A program made the position numbers and the translations under genes. Below the pieces are notes generated by a model that did no database searches, was not told where the DNA came from, and worked only from the letters and a program-made list of their open reading frames with translations. 64,000 nt of DNA from Spirogloea muscicola (taxonomy: Eukaryota). The stretch covers positions 1,082,183-1,146,182 of the forward strand of contig WELB01000005.1 in NCBI GenBank assembly GCA_009602725.1, given 5' to 3'. Below, piece by piece: positions 12,062-29,312 of this stretch (its first letter is position 1; each line of letters starts with the position of its first letter).

Positions 12062-14739
12062 ATGGGGGCCGCCGTGCCTCCGAGGCTCGAGGTGGCGCTG
12101 CGGGGCCTGGACTCCATTGCGCTCCTGCTCGGCAGGAGCGACTCGGACGACTCCTGCTCCGACGATGAGGCCGTGGCGGCCTGCAGCCGCTGGCGGAAGA
12201 CCAGGCCCGCGCCCGCCGCCGCCGCCGCCGCCGCCGCTGGCAGAGAGAAGGCCCGGTGGAGGCCTCCTCAGGCTTCAGAAGCAGCAAGCGCAGGCGAGGC
12301 CGATGCCGTGCCCGGCGATGACGGCGGACGGCGCAAGGCTTCGGCGGCGGCGGCGGTGGCGGCGGTGGCGGCGGAGGCGGCGGTGGCGGCGGCGGCAGCA
12401 GAGAGGCAGCGAGGAGCCGTCTCGAGCTGCAGCGATCAGACTAGTGGAGCTCCCTAGAGCTCTTATTTCCCGTTAAGATAACGGCGGGGGCCCCAAGGTG
12501 ACGGGGGGCGAGGCACTCAAACCCCCGTCAGAAGGTCCCCGACAACTCTCCCGCGACTTAGCGGCGACGCTGTCGTCGCCGTCAAGGCCCCGCGCCGCCT
12601 GCGCGGGTCGGGGGGCGCCGGCGGCGGCGGCAGGGCGGCGCAGGGCTTGCGCTTCATCGGCGAGGGGATTGGTAACATGATTGATGTGATTGAGGGGAGG
12701 GAGGATACCGGAGAAAGGGAGGGGGGTTAGACGGAGGCGCGACGTGCCCAGCCGATAAGGGACCCCGCTCCCCTCAACCCCATCACTTCCCCACATCCCC
12801 CGGCGGCGGCGGCGGCGGCGGCGGCNTTGGCATGGGCCGCGGGGCGCTCTCGGCAGCTCGCCCGTGGTCGCTGATCGAGCAGGAGGGCCTGGCCGCCGGC
12901 GTGCGCTGGCAGGCCCAGCAACGCCTGGCAAGCGAGGCGATGCAACAGCTCAGGTCAGTCATCCTTATGGTAGTCAGAACAACATATCGTACTGATTAGC
13001 TGTAATGGCCAGCTAAGGCTCGTTATTCTCTTAAATACTTTGATTGTAAAAGAGCAATATTTGTAACCCTGGTGCCACACTGCTGCCGCTGCTTGTGTAT
13101 GTCCAGAAAGCGGGGCGCATACACACGGGTCGAGCTTGCGGCAACAATCGCCAGGGCGGCGGCAGAGGATCCGGCCTGGCAGCGCTCTGCGGCAGCCTTA
13201 GACTGGGCAGCTGTGGCGGCCGCCCACGTCGCAGGGCGCAGCGCCCGAGAGTGTCGGCTGCAGTGGACCAATCGTCTCGATCCTGCCATCAACAGCTCGC
13301 CATGGACGGAGGAGGAGGAGGCGGCACTGCAGCGGATCGCCGAGGCTGCCGGCTTGGCAGACTGGGCGGCCATTGCCTCGGAGCTCGGCACGGGGCGCAC
13401 CGCCTGGGCCTGCTTGACCCACTACCGTCGCGCTGTGAGCCCTGCCAGTGACGGCAGCCGCGGCACACCTGCTTCCCTGCTGGCGGATGAGGCTGTCACT
13501 GCAGCCCAACCAGAGGACAGGAACGACGGCAGCAGCCATTCTGGAGGCACTGCGGAAGACCAGGACCAGCCTGCCACAACAGGGCACGCAGATGAGCCCC
13601 TGGTTGTACAACAGCTTGGCTGCGCAGTGCCGCTGCCGCCGTCCCCGCCGCAGCCTCCAGGGCCGGCGCCACGCCGACAGAATAAGTGGACGGCGGAAGA
13701 GGATCGCCGGCTCATCTATGCAGTCCGCACGTATGGGCAGCAGAAGTGGCGCAAGATCGCAGTGCATGTGCCCGGCCGCTCTGACACACAGTGCCGCGAG
13801 CGGTAAGTGGCGGCCAGCTGATCTGACATCCTGCATCTTACAAGCGTGACAATTTCTTGAAAGGGTTTATGTCATGTGGCGCGTATCACTTGATCTCCAT
13901 GGCCTGGTCCGCAGTTGCTGCCAGCAACATTGGATCCAGGTCGGCGTGGCTCCTCATGGAGGCATCAGGCTGCGTTTCCCTGGGGCTGCTGAGTGTGCTA
14001 TGCGGTCTTGATACTTTGTCAGGCTGTCGCAGGTTGTGCTGAGGAGGCTCCATTGTCTAGCTTCTCAATATGTTTGGTCTGCGTGGCGCCTGCTGGCATG
14101 CGCAGGTGGCACAACGTGCTGAATCCTGAGGTGGACAGAGGTGATTGGACGCCTGACGAGGACCAGTTGCTGGAGAACGCAGTCGCTGCGGTCGGGCTGC
14201 ACAGCTGGTCGGCTGTGGCTCAGCTCCACAACACGCTCCGCGTCGCAGCCGCTGGCTGTGGCCGCTGCGGCCATGGCGATGCTGGGCGCCTGCGCCGCAC
14301 CGACAACATCTGCTGGAGGTGAGCTCGTAAAGCGGCCGCAGCACCGCCTGGCTGTTTTGGTGACAAAGGAGTCCTCCTTCCGCTTGACTGTTGCTTGACA
14401 TTGAAAGCTAAATTCTATTGATAGAATTTAGCAATGCTCAATTCTGCGTTCGCTGCACATCTTGCCTTGCTTGCACCACAGGAGGTGGAAGTCGCTGAGC
14501 CGCAGAAGCCCAGTCCTTGCAAATGGAGGGGATGACGGCATTGGCGTTGAAGGAGCAAAAGAGCAGCGGCAGCAACGGCGGCGAAAAGCAGAGTCCTGTG
14601 AGCGCAGGCGGAGGAAGAAGGAGCCAGAAGAGCAGCCGTCAGAACTGAGGGAGGAGGGAGGTGCAAAGGGCCAGGACTTGGAAACGGAAGGGATGACGTC
14701 GGCGGCAGTGAACCTGCAACAGTGCAGCAGCGGCGGCGT

Positions 14740-14776
<37 letters not shown>

Positions 14777-15202
14777 GGGGCTGCTGCAAGCGGAGACGGG
14801 GGGAAGAGGAAGCGGAAGGGCAGCTGTCAGAAGAGGAGAGGGAGGAGAGAGGTGCCGGCCACCAGTGGTGGCCCCCAGCAGGGGCCAGCCGTGGAGCCGC
14901 AGCAGGTGACTGCAGATCCTATGGTGGAGGAGCGGCGGAAGCGCAGCCGTCAGAAGAGGAGAGGGAGGAGAGAGGTGCCGGCCAACATTGGTGGCCCCCA
15001 GGAGGGGGATGCCATGGAGCTGGAGCGGGTGAATGCAGATCCTAAGTTGGAGGAGCGGCGGCACATGGGTTCGGTGCATGTTGCTGAGGGGCCAAGCCCC
15101 AGCAGCAGGGTCCACCTGGCTGGAGAAGACCATTCAGCATGCTCGCCCGCAGCTAATGCTGCCATATCCCCTGCTGCAGTGCACTCGGCAAGCTTACTTT
15201 GA
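12062..15202 (+). CDS. MYB4R1: SNAPc subunit 4 / 4R-MYB-like protein; start approximate, single-N break at 12826
   Basis: Contains PWSLIEQEGLAAGVRWQAQQ (~12870-12930), LDW..GRSARECRLQWTNRLDPAINSSPWTEEEE..WAAIASELGTGRTAWACL, KWTAEEDRRL..VPGRSDTQCRER|WHNVLNPEVDRGDWTPDED..RTDNICWR|RWKSL. This is the SNAP190/MYB4R1 repeat series. Confidence 0.8.
14812..15060 (+). repeat. In-frame 123-bp tandem duplication in the MYB4R1 last exon
   Basis: QKRRGRREVPATSGGPQQGPAVEPQQVTADPMVEERR vs QKRRGRREVPANIGGPQEGDAMELERVNADPKLEERR; anchors at 14821 and 14944. Confidence 0.9.
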
Positions 15203-16292
15203 GTGCTTCGAACATGTGAAATACGTGTATCCGGCTTTGTTGAAGTCTGCTTGCCACTAATTACACTGCTCTGCCAGTTTTGAGGATGAGTCAGCCATAG
15301 CTGTGTTGGTCAACGTGGCAACTGCTTCCTGCAAGTACTTGTCGACTAACACCAGAAAACACTATATGCCAAGTATGCGGGCATGGTCAGGCACTGTCTT
15401 CCTTGAGATTCTTAGCATGTCTTAGCACTTCTTCTTCTTGTCTTATCATGCTCAACCTTCAACAACAAAGAGGCTCATGCGAATGCTCAGATACCTGATG
15501 CTTCGTGGCTGCCTTTCCTGTGCTGTTTCTCTTAAGGTCTGCCCATGCATCGCACAATCAAGAATAAATACACTACAGATTACACAGGAAGAAGGCTAGT
15601 CAACTCAAATGCCTGACTTCAAGGGGGATATAAGGGTTGCAGGAATCACCCAATAAGAGCACGTTTGCACCAGCAGTAATTGCACCCTACTGATGCTGAC
15701 AATCCCACTCGTCCAGTCCACCTTGTATGCTCCGTGGAATGGGGCTCAGCTTTGTGCAAGCATAGTGCCTCGTCCTCACCATGTCACTTGTTGTGAGTGG
15801 CTCCATCTTCCACCGAGGCTCTTCCTCAGGTTGGGCCCTCTCTAGTGTTTCTTATGCCTTTGTTTAAGTCTGATGGAAATTCAATCTGCAAGAGCGTAGA
15901 TTACATTCCTACACCACACTTCTTAAGCATGTTGAATTCTTATTTGGTGTAAGCAGGTGGGTGCCTGTTGCATCATATAAAGACTGTGGCTGTCGCAATG
16001 GGGCAAGGGCTGTGACAAGCCAGCCCGAAAATAATCGACATCAATCAGGGTTGAACCTGCAGGAGTCAACGGTAGGAGTTAAGTACACAGGTACGGTTTT
16101 GACTAGGCATACAGTTGTTCCCAAGCATGCTCGTAGTCACAGTTCGTGGAGCTCCTGTCACCACTTGGCCGAGACTGCTAGTCCATCCCAGCGCCGCCGT
16201 TGTGCTGCCAGTCCCAGCAGCGCCGTTGTGCACTGCTCACGACCATACAGAAGCTTGGCCAAGGACTCTGAGAGTGCGGCTAGTGTTGGCCA

Positions 16293-18172
16293 ATGGCGAC
16301 CAACGGCGCTATAGACCTTGCCGGCGACGGCGGCGTGACGAAGCGCGTCCTGTCGCCGGCGCCTGCCGACGCGCTGCAGCCGTCGGAGGCCCTGCCCTTC
16401 GCCGACGGTGCGTGCCGACACAGTCGACCAGCTCGTCACTGGTCTGGCGGCGGCTGCGGCGCTGCGGTGACATTGAGGCGCCTGCAGCTGCAATTCACTG
16501 CTTTGGCAGTGGCGGCTCACTCCAGAGTGACAGCAGCGCACGTCTGGACGTGGGCGCCGCAGTTCTGGGCACCCACTTCGTCATCCGCTTGAGCGCCGCC
16601 CCGCCGTCAGCTCGGCGGGGCCTGACAGCTGTGTGGGCTTGCGCCTGCCTGGCCGCGGCGCTGCAGTCCTGTACGAAGGCCGTCTGGAGGCCACCGGCGA
16701 GGTGTTCGACTCGACGGCAGATGACAACACGGTGTTCACGTTCGAGGTTGGGCGCGGCGCCGTCATCCGCGCCTGGGACATCGCCGTCAAGAGCATGCGG
16801 GTGAGCTGCACTGCAACCACCACGACTGTGTTGCTGCAAGACAGGCTTGACTAGCTCTGTGCTGCCCAGCCTGTGCCAATGTTGGGTTCCACCGAAACTG
16901 TGACAGACCTCAATTTATGTCCCCATTATGCTGCGTTCATCGGCCAGCTTGGGTGGTGCCACCTTCCCTGCTGGCTCCACAAGCCCCCCCCAAAGCAGGC
17001 CCGCATATGGCAGCCTCAATGTGTCGCCACGATGTCCTGTCTGCGACTCCTCAGAGAGCACATTGGGCAGCCGGTGGCGCTCAGCAATACAAGCACCCCT
17101 TCTTGCATCAATAGTGGCGCAGCAGCAGCAGTCGTGTGGGGGAATGCAGCAACTAATCGGTGGTCACGTCTTGTGAGCTTGAGACATGACTGGTACATGA
17201 AGCATCCATGCTCAGGTGGGCGAGGTGGCCGAGGTGCGGTGTGAGCACGAGTACGCCTATGGTGAAGCGGGGTCGCCGCCAGATATCCCTCCCAGGTAAG
17301 GGCCCTCAATCTGCTTTAACAGCGTCCGCCAGGCAATTCGCTGGGCCCTCAGTATAGCGGTGGCATAGTGACAACCACTTGGGCGTACTGCCGGCTACTG
17401 GAGGCATCTCATCCTATCTTGGGCAACAGGAAACAGTATCAGTCTCCTGCTGCAAGATTGCCGGCTGAATGTAAATTTTATACCTGAAGCTCGAGCCTTG
17501 AAGTCTTCCTGTAGCATGTGAACCTTTGTTCTTAGTAGGCCAAGACTATGGTGAAGCTCCGGGCCACATGAGATGACAAATCTTACCCAACTGTGATAGC
17601 TCAGGTATGGGGTGGTGGTCGGTGCAGGGCCACGCTGATCTTCAAGATCACTCTCCAGGAGGTGAGGCCGCCCAAGGGTGCCAGTGCCAGCACTATCGAG
17701 GAAAACCAAACAAGGCTCAAGTGCGTACCCTCTCATTATCCAACACTCGCTTTGGTTCCTGCTAGGATGCATGCTCGTCTCATGTCTGAGCTACTTTTGA
17801 GGCGCCACTCAACCTCATCCTGTGCGGGCCAGCCCAGCCTTGCTCGGGTTGCCCTCCTCCTCGTTTAGTTTGCATCGACAGGAAGAAGCACTGCTGACAA
17901 GTTCTTGGTCCACCTTGCAGTGGCGCCTGTCGCCTGCAGCATGACCTCTTGCTGCTTCACTATACCTCAGCACATGGGAATGCTAATTTTGAATGCTCAT
18001 TAATACTCTTACGCTCCTTCTCAGCGAGCTCCGCAAGGAGAGGGAGGCGGCCGCGGCTGCCAAAGAGGATGACAAGAAGAAGCGGGAGGAGGCCAAGGCG
18101 GCAGCTGCTAGCCGCCTGCAGGCAAAGCTGGATTCAAAGAAGAAGGGGGGGGGCAAAGGGGGAAAGAAGTGA
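16293..18172 (+). CDS. FKBP20-1: FK506-binding peptidyl-prolyl isomerase FKBP20-1
   Basis: MATNGAIDLAGDGGVTKRV..|VLYEGRLEATGEVFDS..VIRAWDIAVKSMR|VGEVAEVRCEHEYAYGEAGSPPDIPP|RATLIF..|ELRKEREAAAAAKEDDKKKREEAKAAAASRLQAKLDSKKKGG..*. Confidence 0.93.
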
Positions 18173-18862
18173 AGCAGCCTACACAGTGAGGCAGTACCAG
18201 ACTGAATAGACCAAGCTCATTCGGCACAACACCTTGATCTCCGATACTGAAGCAGGCCCTCACGCTTGCAAGAGATGTCCACCTGAGCGCCATTAGTGTG
18301 TGCACTGTGTCGAGATCACTACCTCAGTGTCTGCGTTCTTAAGCAGTATGCGGCAGAACTTGACGGCATAGATTGTTGCATCATATGGCAGCACCCAATT
18401 GTTGAGATCTTTTGTTTTGGCAGCCTTGCCGGCTGCCTGAGGTTGCCAGAAAAACAAGATCTGGCCCCTTCGAAATTTTGTTCATCATTTTTCTGGGCTG
18501 TCCAATCGCAGCCGTCGCCCTCTACTGGACGACTTCTGCTCTCGACATTGTAAGTGTGCATCTCAGAGGTGGCTGGCCCACCTGCGAATGCCAGAAATGA
18601 TTGCACTGACTGCTGAAGCAGCTAAAGTGCCACTGGGGCAAGTGTTGGGCGAGCACCGGAGGAGGGGAACAGTAAGGACGGGTGCGACCACTAAGAGCAG
18701 CAGTGTGTGCTGACGGTAGAGGACCTCAGCGGCCAAGTGCACAGACAAGCCCGTACACAAAGAGAGAAGGGAAGCAGATAAGGAGATGCCAGAAAGGACG
18801 GAGGTTGAGCCACATGGGAATGATAACTAGAGCAGAGCCTCTCAAGCCCGGGTCTACTGTCA

Positions 18863-20294
18863 TCACACGCGCGCGAGCTGTTGCTGTTCCTCGGCCTTCT
18901 CTTGAGGCGACTGGATCTGCGATGCAATAATGCAGCCGTCAGTCGGTCGCCAGCCTCCACATCAATACATTCGACCAAGCAGACAAAAGATCTTTGCCTC
19001 ATTGTGCTCAGAGGAACAAACAACCACAATCAGAAGTAAGGAAGCAAATTAAAGCTGACGGGCGAGGGCGTCTGGGACTATGATGGAGCTCAACTCAAGT
19101 CGTTAAGCTGCTAAATATGCTATGATTAAGAAAGACTTGCCCATAAGTATCATGGACAAGCGCTGCGCTGTCAAAAACAAGTGCCCCAAGCGGCTCCACA
19201 TGCATGTCAACTGAGTTCTCCTGCACACCCACCAAGCTGAGCGCCAGGAAGGTCGCCTTCACCGTGTTATGGGGATGCCGGGAGCCCACGATCTGAGCAG
19301 GTCTCCACAGCAAAGTACGTGAGCAGTGAGAAGAGGCTTCGATGAGGTGCTTGATGTGTGGCCATGTCTTCTTGCGATAAGCTTCATGTAGGAAATGCTA
19401 AACCCTGAACCCTAAATCCTAAACCCCTAAAACCTAAGCCCTAAACCATTCTCTTTCTTATTGATGTGCTGCAATAGAATTTGCGGAAGGAGGTATGAGG
19501 TGCAAAGGTGAGACCTTGCTCTTGACATCCTTGAAGCCACCTAGGCGCAGTATGCCGGCGACAGTGTTAGCGGCCGTGATGCCCTGCCCCGACTTGGCTG
19601 GCCACAGGTAGACCTGCCAAGAGGCCCCCGCACCACGAGCTGCCTAATCAGTGCCACCGGCAGCCACAAGATGTGGCAGGATGAGCTGCGGCTCAGTGGA
19701 CATGGTGGCAGCCAGGATGACGGATCCGGCAGTGCAAGCAGGTCTTCTTGTGTCGTGACACTACATCGACGAGCATGCGCCCGGCGTCCCACCTTTGTCT
19801 TCTCGTACTTGGCCACCTGCTCGTGGAAGATCGTGTGCCCATTGTAGCTCTCGAAGTAGTGCAGGTTCTTGACGGCCCGTGCGTACGCCTGTGCAGCGGC
19901 AGCGGGCGGCCGAGGAGGAGACGCACGCCAGGCGCCGATCAAACGTGCACAGAGTGAGAGGAGGTGATACTGTGCGACCATGGGACTGGCGACCGACGAC
20001 GAAGCGCAGCTTCGCACCTTGTCGACGGCGTCGGAGACCTCCGCCGACTTGCCCTTGCCAAAGCCGACGACGCCCTTCTCGTTGCCGCACACCACCAGCG
20101 CCGTGTAGCTCAGGAGGCCGCCGCCCTGTGACGCACACCACACGCAGCACACAGGAAGGCAACTTGGCGAAGCTCAGCCCCTGCATTGGCCAGGACTTCA
20201 GGATATACAAGTCAAGGTATTTAGGGTTTAGGGTTGAGGGTTTAGGGGGTTAGGGTTTAGGGCAGTGCCCGGCCAGCTCCACTGTATGGCTTTG

Positions 20295-20331
<37 letters not shown>

Positions 20332-20582
20332 ACCTTGGTGACCTTGCACGTCCGGTTGACGTCCACGACCTGCATCTGGTACTTCTGCACGGCGGAGCCG
20401 CCACCACGACCAACGCGGCGGACCTCAGCAAGAGCCGCTCTTCGCAAGCCGTGCTCATGCACCGCCGCCGCCGCTGCGGCCGCCACCGTCGCGAGGGCGG
20501 CGCTCGCTCACCCGCCTGCCACCGGCGCCGTCGCCGCCGCCGTGCGGCCGGCTGACTCGCCGCGCGTCCTCCTCGTCGCCCT
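18863..20582 (-). CDS. RPS5: Bacterial-type (mitochondrial) ribosomal protein uS5; 5' end lost in an N gap
   Basis: KYQMQVVDVNRTCKVTK|GGGLLSYTALVVCGNEKGVVGFGKGKSAEVSDAVDK|AYARAVKNLHYFESYNGHTIFH..|VYLWPAKSGQGITAA..|IVGSRHPHNTVKATFLAL. The last exon IQSPQEKAEEQQQLARV* is tentative. Confidence 0.85.
19398..19447. repeat. Degenerate intronic (CCCTAAA)n telomere-like tract
   Basis: ctaaaccctgaaccctaaatcctaaacccctaaaacctaagccctaaacc in a uS5 intron. Confidence 0.8.
20220..20262. repeat. Degenerate intronic (TTTAGGG)n telomere-like tract
   Basis: tttagggtttagggttgagggtttagggggttagggtttaggg in a uS5 intron. Confidence 0.85.
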
Positions 20583-21068
20583 NNNNNNNNNNNNNNNNNN
20601 NNNNNNNNNNNNNNNNNNNNNNNNNNNNNNNNNNNNNNNNNNNNNNNNNNNNNNNNNNNNNNNNNNNNNNNNNNNNNNNNNNNNNNNNNNNNNNNNNNNN
20701 NNNNNNNNNNNNNNNNNNNNNNNNNNNNNNNNNNNNNNNNNNNNNNNNNNNNNNNNNNNNNNNNNNNNNNNNNNNNNNNNNNNNNNNNNNNNNNNNNNNN
20801 NNNNNNNNNNNNNNNNNNNNNNNNNNNNNNNNNNNNNNNNNNNNNNNNNNNNNNNNNNNNNNNNNNNNNNNNNNNNNNNNNNNNNNNNNNNNNNNNNNNN
20901 NNNNNNNNNNNNNNNNNNNNNNNNNNNNNNNNNNNNNNNNNNNNNNNNNNNNNNNNNNNNNNNNNNNNNNNNNNNNNNNNNNNNNNNNNNNNNNNNNNNN
21001 NNNNNNNNNNNNNNNNNNNNNNNNNNNNNNNNNNNNNNNNNNNNNNNNNNNNNNNNNNNNNNNNNNNN
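20583..21068. other. Assembly gap (N run)
   Basis: Run of n. Confidence 1.
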
Positions 21069-21281
21069 TTCTCCGCGCGGAGCGGCGCCAGGCCCGCCGG
21101 CGCGTCGTGGGCCGACGCCGCCGCTGCCGCGCCGGCGGCGCTCACGTGCTCCCGCTCCACGGTCGAGGTCAGCCCGAGGCCGCCACAAAGGCCCTCGCGT
21201 CAGAGGCCGCAATCGACAGACGAGGCTTCGATTCCGTCCTCGGCCTAGTTCTCGAGACACGGCCTCCTGCCAACTACGGCC

Positions 21282-26177
<4,896 letters not shown>

Positions 26178-26888
26178 GGCCGCATATTTGTTTGTGCAGC
26201 TCGAGAAGATATCCCTGCTTTAAATTCAGTACAGATTGTCTGAGGCTGATCTTTGCCCACCCATCCCAGTTGCACACTCTCCGCTGTAGTGTATGTGCAG
26301 TGTAAGTCTGACCTGAAGGTGGGCAGGATCATGTGTTCCATATTTTGCCAGACTTACACGTCATTGTTCCCCTGGTTTCATATTGGCCATGCTCATGCAA
26401 TTGGGCTCGCACCACGCAGTGAAGTGTTTGCACATGTGGTGCTGAACAAATTGGTGCCTGTACCTTGATGTGCAATGCATAAATACTGCCAATCGAAAAC
26501 AGATTGATGATGTCCAAGCAGAGGATGACAAGCTTTTAAGCTTGATGCTGGTAAGGCTTGGGCGCGATGGCAAGCAACTAGAGGCGGGTATATTTGTAAA
26601 TACATTCATAAGAATGCATGGACTACTATTGCCAACTAAGCAGTGTGAGAGCATTGGCAGGAGACAACCATATTGTTGGTACACTGATATTGGACTTGTA
26701 AGATCCCATTTGCTGTACACAAGTGGCCAAGCGTCTATATAGGCCAGGCAGGGGTGAAAGTGAGGTTTCTGGACTGCAAACTTGCGTGTATGCACTTGTT
26801 GAAACATCTGATATGAAGTCAGACTGCTCCAAACTCCATGGGAAGCGTACAGGTCGGAGGCTGCATCTGCAGGATCCGTGTTGCACAG

Positions 26889-28477
26889 CTAGTCTGCTTC
26901 CTTCCCATCGCCGTCGTAGAGGTAGAGCCCCATGCCGAAGCGCGCGCAGGCCCTGCGGAAGGCCATGCCCTCGGCCTTCTGCACGGGGTCCCCAAAGCCG
27001 TCGCCTGTAATGTCTGCCGTCCCAGTTGCCTCCCTCCAGGCCTGCACATAATACAAAAGGCGTATCAAATCCAAACTGCCGCAGATGTAGTGAAGTTGCA
27101 CAGTGTTGTTGTGCATCAGTGAAGCTCAACTATTAAGCTCTCAGGAGGAAAAGAATGAACCCCAGTGTGCTTACCACGCCATCGCTGCCTGTAATGGTAA
27201 CACGGTACACAACAGTCACCGTAGTTGCCGTCGTAAGCGTATTGCGGACCTCGCCGCACCACCCTGCCAGGCAGCAGGATGTGGAGCGCTCCATGCCAGA
27301 TCAATGTCCGTGGAGTGCTCTCAGACACTTCTCAAAGTATAAGACATCAAGGCATAAGACTTGTAACCGCCTTGCCAACAGTCAAGCTGCACCAGGCAGC
27401 AAGTGCCCCGTCCCGTTACCTCTTGTCATTGTGAAGTATGACAGATTGCTCACCAGGTGCATAGAAGCTCAGCATCTGGTTGGCTGTGTGCCTGGCGAGG
27501 CACGCGGCACACAAGGACATCAGAAGGATTTATGGCGTGCTCCAAGATCTTACCTACAGCCTGACATATGGTCTACGAGCCTACCAAAAGCCCAAACATA
27601 GCCCTGTGCCAGGTTGCAACCAAGACTGGTCCTACGTCCTGGACGGGTCATTCTGCATGGAGGAGTCAAGCATGGCAGCAGGCCCCCAATCCGACCGACT
27701 CGAGTGAGCAAGTCATGCAGCACTGCAGGCCAGCCAAGCTCCTCCTTGGCAGTCCCAAGCGTCTGTAGCCATCGCCATGCTGGGTTGCGTGCAGGGGGCC
27801 TCTGATGAGCATGCTGAACAAGGGTTTCAGTGACTCACGGGCTTAGAGCTAGGTTTTGAGTGGCTCAGGGCTTTAGGGCTCAAATTGAGAACTCTGTTCG
27901 GGCATCTAGGGCCTCAGGTTGGCCGAGTCACGACTTGAGGTGCTATCATGCAGCTGTTTGAAGACGGCTAGCAGCTGCTGCTGCCGGAACACCAAAAGCA
28001 GAGCCAAGAGTGGAGCACCGGCTGCAGACTTTACCGACAGGACGCCAATGCTTGGCCTCAGATTCCTGCCTGCCAGTTGCCATAAGCTCCACCGCGAAAG
28101 CAATGCCGGGTGAGGATTTGGCAACAGTATGGTACATAAGGGCCGCAGCCAAGGAGGGCATTAGGGCATGTGGCGGCGGCAGCGATTGAAGGAAATGGGG
28201 TTTATGATATTGGGACTAGTATTAGGGGTTAAGTATTAGGGTGTTAGAAGTTTAGGGTTTAGGGTTAGGACTTAGGGATTTGAGTAGCTCACCAGGGGAT
28301 GTAGGTCAGAGCGACGCCGTTGTCGTAGCGCCGGCGGAGCGCGCGCTCCGGCACGCGCTTGCTCAGGCCCAGCTCGATGGCGGCCAGCGTGCGGGCCCCG
28401 GGGACACCACTGCCGCCGGAGGCCCCGGCCGGCGGCGCTTCGGCTGCAGGGGAGGCGCGGCTGGGCAGCGGCGAGGC
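26889..28477 (-). CDS. RAD52: Plant RAD52-like organellar DNA-binding protein (ODB family); 5' end lost in an N gap
   Basis: RTLAAIELGLSKRVPE..LTYIPW|HTANQMLSFYAP|GWCGEVR..VTVVYRVTITGSDG|..WREATG..GFGDPVQKAEGMAFRRACARFGMGLYLY. Confidence 0.9.
28220..28280. repeat. Degenerate intronic TTTAGGG-like tract
   Basis: ttaggggtt..ttagggtgttagaagtttagggtttagggttaggacttagggatt just inside the donor of a RAD52-like intron. Confidence 0.8.
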
Positions 28478-29312
28478 NNNNNNNNNNNNNNNNNNNNNNN
28501 NNNNNNNNNNNNNNNNNNNNNNNNNNNNNNNNNNNNNNNNNNNNNNNNNNNNNNNNNNNNNNNNNNNNNNNNNNNNNNNNNNNNNNNNNNNNNNNNNNNN
28601 NNNNNNNNNNNNNNNNNNNNNNNNNNNNNNNNNNNNNNNNNNNNNNNNNNNNNNNNNNNNNNNNNNNNNNNNNNNNNNNNNNNNNNNNNNNNNNNNNNNN
28701 NNNNNNNNNNNNNNNNNNNNNNNNNNNNNNNNNNNNNNNNNNNNNNNNNNNNNNNNNNNNNNNNNNNNNNNNNNNNNNNNNNNNNNNNNNNNNNNNNNNN
28801 NNNNNNNNNNNNNNNNNNNNNNNNNNNNNNNNNNNNNNNNNNNNNNNNNNNNNNNNNNNNNNNNNNNNNNNNNNNNNNNNNNNNNNNNNNNNNNNNNNNN
28901 NNNNNNNNNNNNNNNNNNNNNNNNNNNNNNNNNNNNNNNNNNNNNNNNNNNNNNNNNNNNNNNNNNNNNNNNNNNNNNNNNNNNNNNNNNNNNNNNNNNN
29001 NNNNNNNNNNNNNNNNNNNNNNNNNNNNNNNNNNNNNNNNNNNNNNNNNNNNNNNNNNNNNNNNNNNNNNNNNNNNNNNNNNNNNNNNNNNNNNNNNNNN
29101 NNNNNNNNNNNNNNNNNNNNNNNNNNNNNNNNNNNNNNNNNNNNNNNNNNNNNNNNNNNNNNNNNNNNNNNNNNNNNNNNNNNNNNNNNNNNNNNNNNNN
29201 NNNNNNNNNNNNNNNNNNNNNNNNNNNNNNNNNNNNNNNNNNNNNNNNNNNNNNNNNNNNNNNNNNNNNNNNNNNNNNNNNNNNNNNNNNNNNNNNNNNN
29301 NNNNNNNNNNNN
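28478..29312. other. Assembly gap (N run) covering the RAD52/CPP1 divergent promoter
   Basis: Run of n. Confidence 1.

Noticed and set aside
8019..12945. Many poly-Ala/Arg/Pro/Gly ORFs
   Set aside because: Frames through (GCC)n tracts in GC-rich 5' regions; no independent coding evidence.
15203..16290. Possible hidden gene between MYB4R1 and FKBP20-1
   Set aside because: Only short frames with stops and no recognisable motif.
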